Shown in pieces: positions 1 through 11,437 of a stretch of 64,000 nt of DNA. Origin of the DNA: Rhynchopus sp. YZ270_cl-10 (lineage: Eukaryota); NCBI GenBank assembly GCA_964035575.1, contig OZ037839.1:1426001-1490000 (forward strand), given 5' to 3'. How positions within the stretch are numbered: position 1 is the stretch's first letter; every line of letters begins with the position of its first letter. The translations under genes and the position numbers were made by a program. The notes below the pieces were generated by a model, which was not told the origin of the DNA, made no database searches, and saw only the letters and a program-made list of their open reading frames with translations.

Positions 1-472
1 TTGTGATGTCAAAAAATATCCCGGTTTTTGATTTTTTTCTCGAAAAATCGCTATTTTGCCCAAAGTGGCCAAAACGTGAAAAAAGCCGTTTTTTCACTAT
101 TTTTTTCCATTTTTTTGTATTCTGGGGTGGCTTCTGGGTCGTTTTTCGACCCACAGGCCCCCTGTGACCCACTCTGAGGGTGTTTTTCACCCGCAGTTGC
201 CTTGGAGATGACCAGATAATGCCAAATGAATTTTCCGTGCGCAAAAAATGGCTGGAGTCGTACCCCCTAGGCATACATGGTAAGCGAACAAAAAATTCGC
301 TTTATTCGCTTTTCCAAAAAAGCGAATAAAAAATTCGCTTTATTCGCTTTTGGTTCGCTTTTTTATTCGCTTTATTCGCCTTTTATTCGCCTTTGGGTGA
401 TCTGTGATCGTCTCCATGGGACACGTAACAGGCTGTGAGAGCTTACTGAGAGCTAGTGGGAGCTGAGTACTG

Positions 473-735
473 AGTATACACAGTATACACAGTATACACA
501 GTATACACAGTATACACAGTATACACAGTATACACAGTATACACAGTATACACAGTATACACAGTATACACAGTATACACAGTATACACAGTATACACAG
601 TATACACAGTATACACAGTATACACAGTATACACAGTATACACAGTATACACAGTATACACAGTATACACAGTATACACAGTATACACAGTATACACAGT
701 ATACACAGTATACACAGTATACACAGTATACACAG
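473..735. repeat. Perfect 9-bp tandem repeat (AGTATACAC)n, about 29 copies
   Basis: Read directly; explains the spurious YTV-repeat ORF. Confidence 0.98.
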
Positions 736-744
736 GGGATTGGG

Positions 745-1223
745 AGTACAGTACAGTACAGTACAGTACAGTACAGTACAGTACAGTACAGTACAGTACA
801 GTACAGTACAGTACAGTACAGTACAGTACAGTACAGTACAGTACAGTACAGTACAGTACAGTACAGTACAGTACAGTACAGTACAGTACAGTACAGTACA
901 GTACAGTACAGTACAGTACAGTACAGTACAGTACAGTACAGTACAGTACAGTACAGTACAGTACAGTACAGTACAGTACAGTACAGTACAGTACAGTACA
1001 GTACAGTACAGTACAGTACAGTACAGTACAGTACAGTACAGTACAGTACAGTACAGTACAGTACAGTACAGTACAGTACAGTACAGTACAGTACAGTACA
1101 GTACAGTACAGTACAGTACAGTACAGTACAGTACAGTACAGTACAGTACAGTACAGTACAGTACAGTACAGTACAGTACAGTACAGTACAGTACAGTACA
1201 GTACAGTACAGTACAGTACAGTA
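745..1223. repeat. Perfect 5-bp tandem repeat (AGTAC)n, about 96 copies
   Basis: Read directly; explains the spurious VQYST-repeat ORF. Confidence 0.98.
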
Positions 1224-1445
1224 GCCTTATTTTGGCGTCGTTGCGGGTATTGGGGGATCTCAGGGGACTAGACTCGACACACTAGACTTGACAAAAAATA
1301 CGTTGCTTTTTATTCGCTTTTTGTTCGCTTTTTCGTTCGCTTTTTGTTCGCTTTATTCGCTTTATTCGCCGGCGAATAAAGCGAATAAAAAAGCGAACCA
1401 AAAGCGAATAAAGCGAATTTTTTATTCGCTTACCATGTATGCCTA

Positions 1446-2439
1446 GGGGGGGGGGGGGGGGGGGTGGCAAAAAGGCGGTTTTAGTGAAATAAATTGAAAT
1501 CCGAGCTCACAGAGGCTCCAAACACGAAATCTCTGGCGAATATGGATTTTTTGGGGCTCAGGAGGGTGGTTTACCTGGTCACAGGCCTCCAAATGCGCCC
1601 AGAAACATGAAAAATATGAAAAATTGACTGGTTTTTCGGGGTTTTCGCACTTTTTGCATTTTTGGGAAAACAGCGTTTTTTCACCCATTTTTCGAAAAAA
1701 ATATCAAAAAACGGACATCAGATAGTGAACAAATACCCAAAATCACCCCAAAAGTATCGAATCTTTTCAAATACATCTGTTTTTCACACTCTAGACGCTC
1801 TGTTTGGGGCCAAAACCTCATTTTTAGGTCAAAAAATCGTCCTGTTATCGTCCTGTTTACCGCGCGCGCACCATTCCTCAAACCCGTTGGGCCACTTTCT
1901 GACCACTGCTGGGTGGTCTGACCACCCAGAGCACCCCCATTTACCAACCTCCTACCACATTTTCACCGAATTTCAGACCCAAAACTCTCTCTGTACCCCC
2001 AGAAATGACCCCAAAAAACACAGAAAAATTCACTTTTGCAACAGTCACGGCTATTGCAAGCACCCGGACAGCGTTTTTTCACCCTTTTTTTGAAAAAATA
2101 TCAAAAAACGGACATCAGATAGTGAACAAATACCCAAAATCACCCCGAAAGTATCGAATCTTTTCAAATACATCTGTTTTTCACACTCTAGACGCTCTGT
2201 TCGGGGCCAAAACCTCATTTTTAGGTCAAAAAATCGTCTTTCCCGAAGTGCGAAAACCCCGAAAAACCAGTCAATTTTTCATATTTTTCATGTTTCTGGG
2301 CGCATTTGGAGGCCTGTGACCAGGTAAACCACCCTCCTGAGCCCCAAAAAATCCATATTCGCCAGAGATTTCGTGTTTGGAGCCTCTGTGATATCATAAC
2401 TCAAAAAATTTCACTCAAAAACGGCTTTTTGCCTCCCCC
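1446..2439. mobile_element. Non-autonomous element with ~190-bp TIRs (GGGG..GGCAAAAAG / CTTTTTGCCTCCCCC)
   Basis: About 1465-1652 is the near-perfect reverse complement of about 2246-2436. Internal ~170-bp direct repeat (about 1670-1840 vs 2068-2237). TA at 1444-1445 and 2440-2441. Confidence 0.85.
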
Positions 2440-2441
2440 TA

Positions 2442-3295
2442 GGCATACTGTGCAGGCGAGCCGTTTTTAGGCGAGTTTTTCGTTTTCCTGATTTTCAGGA
2501 AAAACTCGCCAAAAACTCGCCCTACTCGCCCATTACTCGCCCATTACTCGCCTATTACTCGCCAAAACTCGCCAAAAACTCGCCAAAACTCGCCTAAACT
2601 CGCCAAAAACTCGCCTAAACTCGCCTAAACTCGCCCACATTTGGGTGCAAATCCTGGTGCACATACGCACCTTGGGGGTGAAAATGTGCACCAGGATGTG
2701 AAAATGGAGGGCGGGGGTGACTGATGACAACATGCCACTCGAAAACACACAAAAAAATTGAAAATGTGTCACTTGTACGTCTAACGGCAACCATGTCACG
2801 GCAGTGGCTGACAGGCATGTATGTAAACATTTGCTCCAGGGGAAGATCCAGGCGTGCCATAGATCCCGGGGGACAAGACGTGCTACAATCCGGAGGATGA
2901 CGAAGACATGAGCCGGGGCTACACTCGCTATACAACAATGTCCTCGCCATGCCGGTAAATGGCAACCCTGCAGGCCACCCCTTGGCGGTATTCCCCACGA
3001 CTACATCGCACCCATCTGTGCAAGCTTCATGGATCCGCAGAAGCTACAGCTGGACTGGTGGTACTGGTTGTGGAAGCCTACAAAGCAAACTGTAGAGGTC
3101 TTGTTCAAGTGGAACGAAAAAAATTTTCTCTTCAAAACTCAAATTTCCCTCATATTTTCGTGTGTACATTTTTCCCAAGGTAAAATCCCTACCTAAAAAA
3201 AAAACTCGCCAAAACTCGCCCCCCAAAAATAGGCGAGTTTTAGGCGAGTTTTTGGCGAGTAGGCGAGTTTTTTTTACTCGCCCGCACAGTATGCC
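2442..3295. mobile_element. Non-autonomous TIR element of the GGCATAC family with CTCGCC subterminal repeats
   Basis: GGCATACTGTGCAGGCGAG at 2442 vs CTCGCCCGCACAGTATGCC ending at 3295. TA flanks (2440-2441, 3296-3297). Arrays of AAACTCGCC/GGCGAGTTT near both ends. GC-richer, coding-like but unassignable interior (about 2770-3115). Confidence 0.85.
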
Positions 3296-4589
3296 TAGGG
3301 GGGGGGGAGAAAAAATACCCATTTAGTGTAAGTGCTTGTCGACACAATTAGCTATCTATTACCGTCTGGTAGTAAAATTAAAAGAAAGTGAGGTCTGCGA
3401 CCTTTTTCACCTCGAATTGTTATTCGACAAACCGTTTTAGTTCATATCCCTCATTATTTATTTTTTTGTTCGTCTTTCAGCATTCATAAACAAATAAACA
3501 AACTAACAAAACAAAACAAAACAAAAACAAAAATCAGCAACAACGCAAATACGCCTGTGCCCGCCTCTGAATGGTCAGGGCAAAGTATCGTGGCTCACCC
3601 TTGGATGTCTACACTTCTGCAACCAAATTATTCAAAAAAAAAAAGGAAAAAAAGATAGTGTTGGACAAATAAAATGGACCTCTGCTCTCAGAGGACTCTC
3701 AGAGAGAACTGTTATGGCATGGTTTTCAAAAAGAAGAGCTTCAATATTTTATTTTCCCGCCCCCACAAAAAAAAAAAGCAAAAAGCTTACTTGAAGCACT
3801 AGTCTAGAGGAAAATGGGGGGGGGTTTTTTTTTCCTACCCCATTTTTTTACTACACCCCGTCCCTCAGATCGAAAAAACCGAACTCTTAGAAGCTCTGGC
3901 GGCGTGGGGGTGGGGTGGGGTGGGAATGAATCTGTTTGAAGCTATCCGGGCTTTGTTGAATGGTAATATGTGATGCATCTAGTTTAAATGGTGGGTCGCT
4001 GGTTGATATAACAAAAAATAAAATCAAAAAACCAAAAAAGAACAAAGAACAAAGAAAAAGAGAGAGAGAGAGAAAAAAAACTACAAGTAGCAGCGCAACA
4101 GGGGGAGGGAGCTCCAAGTTTTCAGAAGAAAAAAAGAAGGACAAAAAAAAAAATAGTCCAGTGGAGCTCATCCTCGGGTGTCTACACTAATACAAAGTTT
4201 TCGAAAAAAGAAAAGAAAAAAGAAAAGAAACCCAGATGTAGGATTTACCCCCATTATAGACCCTCCTCTCTTCCCCCATCACACTCTGACTTCACGTCTA
4301 CTACTCCACTGATAAAAAATAAACAGAGCACTTTGAGCACTTTCAAAACAAACAAATATTTTTGACTTGTGAAAAGCAGCGCAGCTGATGCTGCACGAAA
4401 ACGAATGGGATCAAGGAGACAAAGCACGAGGGACATCAAGAGGATAAGTCGTAATCTCATACAAAGTAACGCGCCCTTCCTCTCCAACCCCACGTCTACG
4501 AAACTATTAAGCACAATTAAACAGAGCACAAAGCACCTTTCAAAACATACAAAAAAAAAACATTTTCAAACACTCCCCCACCTCACAGA

Positions 4590-4631
4590 CCCTCCTCCCC
4601 CCCCTTTTTTTCTCCTTCCTCTCTCTTTCAG
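4590..4631 (+). promoter_or_regulatory. Polypyrimidine tract ending in AG, candidate spliced-leader trans-splice acceptor
   Basis: About 40 nt of C/T ending TTTCAG, 55 nt upstream of the ATG at 4687. A similar tract (about 43826-43877) precedes the ATG at 43901. Confidence 0.45.
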
Positions 4632-4686
4632 TACATGAAACTTTTCTGTTATGTACATTCCTTTTTAAAACACCAATCTCTCGAAA

Positions 4687-7600
4687 ATGATACCTCTTGA
4701 GACCCCTGAGGTCAAGCTGCAGCCCGATGCTTTTGGCTCCTTGCTTCGTCTGTGGACATGCTTCTGTGTCTTGGCAACTGCGTTGCTTTGTTATTTTCTG
4801 ATTGCCGTAGGGCTGCCCGGATGGACCCTCGCTGTGGGTGGAGTTGGGATGATGGTTGTTGCGTATTTTGGTTGCGATGTGGTGATCCGGAGACTCCCGA
4901 AACCCACTGTGGAAACAAACGCAAACCCCCCAATACCACGCATCAGGCGAGCATCTTCATCTGCTATCCTCCCTTCACGAAGCCGAAACGTTTCCATCTT
5001 ACACGACACACTCTCCGAAGAAAAAAGCCGCCGAAAACGCCGTCCCCGACTCTCAATTGGACAAGAAAACAGTTTCCGCGGTGTTTACGCGACAGTCGAA
5101 TGCATTCTCGTCTTCAATGTAGTAACCGAAGAAGCTGAAGAAGACCATTTCGACAGCACTGTCTTCACTACCGGTATTTGCGCATGGTTAGGAGACGTTG
5201 CAAGCCTTGCGAGTCTCAACAATGGGAGGATCGAGATTTGTACGGGTGGGTCCATATATTTGACGTTTTCTTCAAGAAAGTGCACAAACGACGCACTCCG
5301 TACTGCAGTCTATGGGATAAAGGTTCCTGAACAGGCTGTGTTTACTAATACCGCTGGGGTCTGCAAAGGGGAGGTTCTCAAAGGCCGCGTCGGGACCGAA
5401 ATGCAATCCTGGCCAATCACAATGTCAGGCGCCGGCTACATTGCCGAAAAGCTTGCCCTCGCGTGCACCCCCTTCCTTGCTAAAGTACTTCTCGCCGAAG
5501 TCAGCATCGAAGCGCTTACCCGCGACTTCAATTTCCGTCAAATTGACTACACAAAATTTAGTACCTCCTTTGGCACCGAGCAGACCCCTATCTACAGTGT
5601 CACGGAAGGGGAAGGGGTTGATGCCGACCTTTCCGTTTTATGGCTTCACCTGCAATGCGGGGATATGAAACGGGGGTTGGACCTTGTAGACAACCTTGGA
5701 ACCGGAGACAAACTTACTCATGCAATGAAAGGACGAATCAAAATCGTTACGGAGGACAACGCAGAGCAGTACCACGCCGTTTTGTCGATGAACACATACG
5801 ACCGGGTAGGGCATTTTTTGCACAGAGGACAACGTTTCTGCAACAACCAGGCTACGAAGGATATGCTCGAAGATGCGACCACAAACAGACGTATCCTATT
5901 CGTCGTTCTCATGATGGAACACAACCTCACACGAAAACTTCGCGAGGCCCTGGCATGCTTCTCCATGACAGTCGAACGGAGTAATGGCACCGTGGAATCC
6001 TTCTGCTCCACAAAGCTTACTGCACGCTGGGTGATACACCACTCCGTATCTGACCCGATTGCGTGCACGCAGCAACTTGTCAAAGTATTTACTTCCTTCC
6101 GCTTTGGATTGGGAATATGTATAGGGCAAGGTGATATAGTCACCCATCGTGGGGTAGTGCTCGCTCATTCTGAAGCGAGGGCGAGGGCGGAGTGTCTTGC
6201 GATGACGTCACTGCGATTGCGTCTCGTTGCCATCGCCGATGCCGAAGTCGCCGCTCTCCACAACGAAACCGAGCAGCCCTCCCCTCTCCCAAAAGGCCGC
6301 CCCCGCAACACCACCCGATCTGTCGTCTCCACAGACGCAAATCGCTCGTTGTGGCGCCCATTTTGCTTTCACACAGAATTCCTCCTTCCGGTCCGCTCCT
6401 CAACAGAAACCGGGTTGGTGCAAATGGGAGAGGATAACCACCCCCTATACATGCGCGCAATGTCTTTGCTTGGGGAGAGGTGTTGGTCAAGCGCGAAGGA
6501 ATGTATGCAGCAGTATAACGACATTTCGGAGGAGGATTACTGGTCGCAGGTGGTGTACCGTGCTTGCGCTGCGGCTTTAATTGATGAGGAGTGTGGTTTG
6601 CGGTCTTCGGATGACCCGTTGGTGTTGCGTGTCACTCATGCTGGTGCGCAGTTTGTGGTCAATGCAGGAAACCACGACGCGGACGAGATGGACATAGAGA
6701 CGACCCGCGATATTTCAACCAGCGTCGCAGTGCACACCAACCAATCAATCAAAACCACTATCGTCCCAACAACCAACCCCTTATCGACCATAATCGATGC
6801 CACGCAAACAAAACCCCACGATTCAGGCCAACAATCCCCTCACGCTATTCAGTGGATGCTGCAAGACCGACACCATGTACGCAAGCACCTCGGCTTCCAC
6901 GGTTCGGACAACAAAAACGACGTACAAAGCAAAGGCAGAGGGTTACGACTACCGGAGCTATGGAACGTTTTTAAGTTCGTTTGCGTATGTTTTGAATGTA
7001 TATGCACTCCGTCTCGGGCCTTTTCTGGGGATGAGGATTATTCAGGCTCGGCTCTTGCGTTTCTCGCTTTGGGTGTGGTGTGCGATGCTGCGTACATCGG
7101 TGATATTGTCTTCAATTTCTCCGAACCAGTCATGAACAATCGTGGCATCCGGGTTACAGAAAAGGCTGATATCGTGCAGTTATATCTTAAGCAATGGTTC
7201 GTATTTGATCTTATTGCGTGTCTACCGTGGGAGATTGTTTGGCTTCCCTTTTTTGTTCAGGTCTATTCACAATGTCCATGGACTAGGGTGAATCGGTGTA
7301 TAAATATCCTTCGAATTCCATCGTTAATCAGTGCGGTGCAAATGAGTTATTTTCAGGACGCACATCCAATTGCAATCAAATTAATGACAAATCTTTTGTT
7401 GTTAACCTTTGCGTTGTTCTTCATGAGCTCTTTATGGGGTTTTGTGGAAGAGGATGGGGACTGCAATTTGCAGTACAAAGCGTTTTTTTATGAGTCGTGC
7501 TCTTCGAAATATTTTGATGTGAAAAGCAGTCTTGGGTATGCAGGGCTGAGCACCGCGGAGAAGGCGTTAAAACACATGCATTGGGCACTCCGAGGCTTTG

Positions 7601-8430
7601 CAGGGTATGGTCAAAAATGGCCTGAGTCTGATCCACAGCATCTGATGTGTATTGGAAATGTTGTTGTTGGGATTGCGATTTTTGCGACGGTTATTGCTTA
7701 TCTACAAAGCTCGATGAAAATGACGCACAACGAGATTTTTTTACAACGCCTAGACGACGTTGTTGCAGTCACTTCTCATCAACGCTTAGATGAAAAAACC
7801 ATCGCCGACATCCTAAAATACCACCGTATGCTCTGGTCGAAAACAAAGCAAGTCTACGAAGGCCAATTTGACGATTTAAAATCAGAGCTTCCCTCAGAGC
7901 TAACCGGGGAGTTGACCTTCTTTGCGAATGTCCCTGCCTATAATCGGATCCATCTTCTAAAGCGAATTCGAAATCCGGCATTTCTCACAAAACTCATCTC
8001 TCTTCTTACCCTCCGATTCGGCTCGCCAAAGGAATTATTGTTGGAAAGGGGGGAAGCTTTTTCAAAACGTTCTAGCGGTGTGTTCTTCTTCTCGAAAGGG
8101 TCTGCTGTGGTGTCGATAGATGGGTTAGAGGTGGAGGTGATCGAGGAAGGCGGGTTTTGGGGTGAGGTGTCCGCGCTGCTTGCGGTGCCGCAGCCAGCGG
8201 ACTGCCGTCTGCAGACGTACTGCGAAATGTTTTTCCTGCCGGCGTCCAGCATGAAGTACCTCCTTGATGAATTCCCCGAGTGCACGGAGATGTTCGTGGA
8301 CGCAGCTACAAAGCGTAGGGAGGCGATACGTGACGTGATGTTGGAATTCGATGATGATGATACAGAGGATATGGTATGTTTTCTGCCATCTCCTGCAAAG
8401 CGCACTGCTTCTATTTGCTCTCTTTTTTAA
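4687..8430 (+). CDS. Cyclic-nucleotide-gated/HCN-KCNH-like cation channel fused to two degenerate class III nucleotide-cyclase-like domains
   Basis: 1247-aa uninterrupted ORF. Two N-terminal TM helices. Cyclase-like motifs (NGRIEICTGGSIYLTF; AGVCKGEVLKGRVG...AEKLA...KVLLAE...FNFRQID; second copy SNGTVESFCSTKLTARW...ARAECLA). Channel S1-S6 region (YLKQWFVFDLIACLPWE; pore HWALRGFAGYG; S6 VGIAIFATVIA), C-linker (ELPSELTGEL) and cNMP-binding domain (EGGFWGEVSALL...ADCRLQTYCEMFFL). Confidence 0.82.
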   Translation: MIPLETPEVKLQPDAFGSLLRLWTCFCVLATALLCYFLIAVGLPGWTLAVGGVGMMVVAYFGCDVVIRRLPKPTVETNANPPIPRIRRASSSAILPSRSRNVSILHDTLSEEKSRRKRRPRLSIGQENSFRGVYATVECILVFNVVTEEAEEDHFDSTVFTTGICAWLGDVASLASLNNGRIEICTGGSIYLTFSSRKCTNDALRTAVYGIKVPEQAVFTNTAGVCKGEVLKGRVGTEMQSWPITMSGAGYIAEKLALACTPFLAKVLLAEVSIEALTRDFNFRQIDYTKFSTSFGTEQTPIYSVTEGEGVDADLSVLWLHLQCGDMKRGLDLVDNLGTGDKLTHAMKGRIKIVTEDNAEQYHAVLSMNTYDRVGHFLHRGQRFCNNQATKDMLEDATTNRRILFVVLMMEHNLTRKLREALACFSMTVERSNGTVESFCSTKLTARWVIHHSVSDPIACTQQLVKVFTSFRFGLGICIGQGDIVTHRGVVLAHSEARARAECLAMTSLRLRLVAIADAEVAALHNETEQPSPLPKGRPRNTTRSVVSTDANRSLWRPFCFHTEFLLPVRSSTETGLVQMGEDNHPLYMRAMSLLGERCWSSAKECMQQYNDISEEDYWSQVVYRACAAALIDEECGLRSSDDPLVLRVTHAGAQFVVNAGNHDADEMDIETTRDISTSVAVHTNQSIKTTIVPTTNPLSTIIDATQTKPHDSGQQSPHAIQWMLQDRHHVRKHLGFHGSDNKNDVQSKGRGLRLPELWNVFKFVCVCFECICTPSRAFSGDEDYSGSALAFLALGVVCDAAYIGDIVFNFSEPVMNNRGIRVTEKADIVQLYLKQWFVFDLIACLPWEIVWLPFFVQVYSQCPWTRVNRCINILRIPSLISAVQMSYFQDAHPIAIKLMTNLLLLTFALFFMSSLWGFVEEDGDCNLQYKAFFYESCSSKYFDVKSSLGYAGLSTAEKALKHMHWALRGFAGYGQKWPESDPQHLMCIGNVVVGIAIFATVIAYLQSSMKMTHNEIFLQRLDDVVAVTSHQRLDEKTIADILKYHRMLWSKTKQVYEGQFDDLKSELPSELTGELTFFANVPAYNRIHLLKRIRNPAFLTKLISLLTLRFGSPKELLLERGEAFSKRSSGVFFFSKGSAVVSIDGLEVEVIEEGGFWGEVSALLAVPQPADCRLQTYCEMFFLPASSMKYLLDEFPECTEMFVDAATKRREAIRDVMLEFDDDDTEDMVCFLPSPAKRTASICSLF

Positions 8431-8475
8431 GGATCTCACTAAGAAAAATGGCGTTGTCTTTTATCAAACAAAATG

Positions 8476-8578
8476 CCGTATTCGTAAAAAATGTTCGACC
8501 GTAAAAAAGGTCGAACTTCCAGAAAAAAATTCTGAAAAGGTCGAACATTAGTACGTTACATAATTTTTACGAATACGG
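8476..8578. mobile_element. ~100-bp MITE with CCGTATTCGTAAAAA termini (Tc1/mariner-type end)
   Basis: 15-bp perfect TIR, TA on the right side. A second, inverted copy lies at 17013-17112. Confidence 0.75.
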
Positions 8579-9221
8579 TAAGTACAAAATATCCTTTCCC
8601 CCCCAAAAAAAATCAACCCCTTGTTTTACAGTCGTCTAGCATCGACGCAGACAGCTTCCTTGACGGGCATACAGGCGAGATGATCAAGCGCTCTTTTTGC
8701 AAAGCTGTGATGGTATGTTCTCAATACACCAAACTCCCTGCGACTGCATCCCCCAAACGCCTTGGATAGACTTGGCAGAATATTTCTATATTTTCCCTTT
8801 TGGCCATCCGGTGTATGCAGCACTACGTATAGGTGACGCTATTGGAGTGCACCGTACTATCGTTATCACAACATGCCTTGGGAGGCCTAATAGCAAAGGC
8901 AGGATTGGTAGGAGGGCTGCTACGTTGTGAAATCTTGTGTTACATCAATACTGGGTTTGCGAGCCTGCCAGGGGGGGTGGCTGCATTCCTCGGAACGGGG
9001 TGCTCCAGCCTATTTTTAAAAAAGCGTTTATTGTAAGGTAGTTTACGGTGTTTGCAGTGCTGCCATGAAACACACCCCCCACAGAAGCGGAACAGCGAGG
9101 CTGTGCTGCCTGCAGCGCCGAACAGCAACCTATTCGCTTTGCACAACGCGATCTATCTGGACACTACTGAGGGGGACTCAGCCCTCATGTCAGAGTAGCT
9201 AGATGGGACCTCCCCATACCT

Positions 9222-9326
9222 GGTGGCTGTGTTTGTGATAACTGCCCATAATACATAACACACATCACAATACAGCTGTATTGTGACGTGTATTATGTAT
9301 TATGATGAGAAATTATCAGCCACCAC
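9222..9326. repeat. Imperfect palindrome / fold-back
   Basis: GGTGGCTG...CATAATACATAA..CACATCACAATACAG|CTGTATTGTGACGTG..TTATGTATTATG...CAGCCACC. Confidence 0.6.
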
Positions 9327-10075
9327 CCATACCCCTGCAGTAACGGTTCCCCTCAGAGCAAAAGTGTTTGTCTGTGATAGGTTGTGAGGGTTTGCTGGTT
9401 CGGCACTATCACGAAAAGTGGTTAAAGAGTGTCATGCATTTGTCTTACAAGGTTCTTTCTTAAACCCGTTTGCGGACCCCCTTTCCAGGGGTGTTCCTCA
9501 CTCTCTCTCAGCAATGTAGGTTGGAGGGGTCTGGGAGGGTTTGGTTTCTTTCTCTCAGTTCAAAATAATCTTGAGAGGAATCTATTTTTTTAAAATATTT
9601 TCACGCGCAGGGAATACGCTTTTATAAATGGCTATTCTAACTTCCCTCGCTCTCCACCTGTCCGATGAAATGATATGCGTGTTTGCACGTTTCAACTATT
9701 ATTTTCTTTTCTTTTCTTTTCTATTAGCTGACTAACCACACCGAGGCGTTTCTTGGTTAATGAACTATCTTCCCCCCCCTCCATCCCTCCATCACCCCAT
9801 CCCCCTTCCATTTTTTTCTAACCAAAAAAAAAAATAATAAACTTGGCGTCCTTGGAGAGGTTTTCTTCTCTAGATCTCAGTAGCGTCTCACGGAGTCTCA
9901 CAAAGCTCTCACAGCCTGTTCTGTCTCTCACGGAGACGACCATAGATCACCCAATGTTGTCATCAAACTATTTTTGTATAATAAACCTATCCCCCCACAC
10001 CCTCACAGCAATCCTTTGGTATTTTATTTTTTCGTTCAAAAAAAGTATTTGATCAAAAAAACCCCCAACAAACTA

Positions 10076-10837
10076 ATGGAAGTCACTATCAGACACCGCG
10101 AGACCGGTCTGTCAATGGTCCTCAGCATTGGCGAAGAGGAGACCGTTGGGAGTTTGAAGCAAAAGGTCATGCATGAGTTTTTGGAGGACACGCCACAGCG
10201 TCTGGCGCTTATGTTGAAGGGGGACGACGAGGAGATGGGTGCCGACAACGAAAGCGTCAGGCAGTGCATCCTGGAGAGTGGGCAGGAAATCGACGCCGTC
10301 ACGGGAGTCACAAAACACGACCGCCGTGAGTCCGACCGGCTCCTCAAGCTGCGCGAGAACCTTTCCTCCCAAAACGCCACTGCCATCCTCGACGGCAGCG
10401 AGCTCACCCAAGAACAGCTCCTTGAAAAGGCTGTCGCCATGGACCCATACAACTCTGCAGCGCTTGCCAGACTGACGCTGGTACAACTCTTCCGCGAAGG
10501 CAGGGTTCCCCACGAAGACGTCTACAAACAGGCAATAGAGATCGACCCAAACTACAGCCATGCGTTCAACAACCTGGGGGTTCGTTTGCACGCAGACAGC
10601 ACGACCACGTTGTTGGATGGAACCGTCATGTCCAAGGAAGCTTTGTACAAGCGTGCCATTTCCCTCGACCCGTTCAACGCGCTGGCCTTCCACAACCTCG
10701 GCAAGCTCCTGCCGCCGGGTGGCTCTACGGAGCTTGAGTGTGGGAGAGAGATGACGCGCGAGCAGCTCCTCGGCATGCACCGTACCTTGAGAGTGCAAGA
10801 TGTGGTCCCAAAGAGGCACGTCTGCAACTGCTTCTAG
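10076..10837 (+). CDS. Ubiquitin-like domain + TPR-repeat protein (253 aa)
   Basis: First ATG of the ORF at 10076. N-terminal Ubl pattern (MEVTIRH...EETVGSLKQKV...QRLALMLKG...LESGQEIDAV). TPR-like repeats (YKQAIEIDPNYSHAFNNLG; YKRAISLDPFNALAFHNLG). Confidence 0.75.
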   Translation: MEVTIRHRETGLSMVLSIGEEETVGSLKQKVMHEFLEDTPQRLALMLKGDDEEMGADNESVRQCILESGQEIDAVTGVTKHDRRESDRLLKLRENLSSQNATAILDGSELTQEQLLEKAVAMDPYNSAALARLTLVQLFREGRVPHEDVYKQAIEIDPNYSHAFNNLGVRLHADSTTTLLDGTVMSKEALYKRAISLDPFNALAFHNLGKLLPPGGSTELECGREMTREQLLGMHRTLRVQDVVPKRHVCNCF

Positions 10838-11398
10838 GGGCCATGAAGTGTCCCAGGTGAACGGAGGGGGGGAGGAGGGAGGAGAGAGTGGGAGGGGGAG
10901 GGGCGAGGGGGAGGGTCCCACGTGCAGTGGCCATGTATTGCGCTGAATTATGCTTTTGTTTTTTTGCATGAAATGCGTGGGGTTCATTTAGTGCACCCTA
11001 TTATACCTTCTATTCAGTAGAATAGTTAGTATATGAAACAATTGAAATGCGTGTTATAATGATAATTTCATAAAAGCGTTTTGGCATGTTGGAGGGAATA
11101 GCACGTTACCTGGGTTATATGGTCACTGTGTGGGGGTGGGGGGGGGGGTTTGTGTGGGTTAGAGAAGTGTGTGTTTTGATAACTAATAGGGAATGTGTGT
11201 GTGTGTTGATATCAGTTTCCCGTGCTAATCAAATCAAGGCTGGTTGGTGCAGTGCATCAAAAAATCGCAGTCTGAGAAAAAAAAATAGTTTCCAAATGGG
11301 CAATAGGAGACGAGTTGTAAGACGTGCATGCACGCAGTGCATAATATGACCCATCTTGCAACCTTTTCTTTTGTTGTTTGTGTGCGATAACGAATATG

Positions 11399-11437
11399 AT
11401 AAGGTGACTAAGCACGAGAGGCTTAGGATCATCTTAT
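11399..11437 (+). repeat. Representative of ~40-bp dispersed hairpin repeat family B (TAAGGTGACTAAGCACGAGAGGCTTAGG(A/T)TCATCTTA)
   Basis: Identical copy at 31752-31790. Diverged or partial copies near 11590, 12309, 15540, 15849, 17800, 39745, 42135, 47745, 49315, 49498, 49943, 50085, 52638, 53207, 60390, 61138, 63183. Confidence 0.85.

Larger units (their letters stand above)
270..1443. mobile_element. Non-autonomous TIR element (GGCATAC...GTATGCC ends) enclosing two perfect microsatellites
   Basis: Left end GGCATACATGGTAAGCGAA (270) is the reverse complement of right end TTCGCTTACCATGTATGCC (to 1443). TA on both sides (268-269, 1444-1445). Subterminal TTATTCGC/GCGAATAA repeats at both ends. 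Confidence 0.85.

Noticed and set aside
473..1223. Telomeric repeat / chromosome end
   Set aside because: Units are not G-rich TTAGGG-like, and the arrays are enclosed by TIRs of an internal element.
443..1285. ORFs of YTV and VQYST repeats
   Set aside because: Translations of perfect microsatellites; open only because the unit lacks stops.
8626..9146. Possible decayed gene or transposase fragment on the minus strand
   Set aside because: Coding-like composition but only short interrupted ORFs with no motif I can assign.
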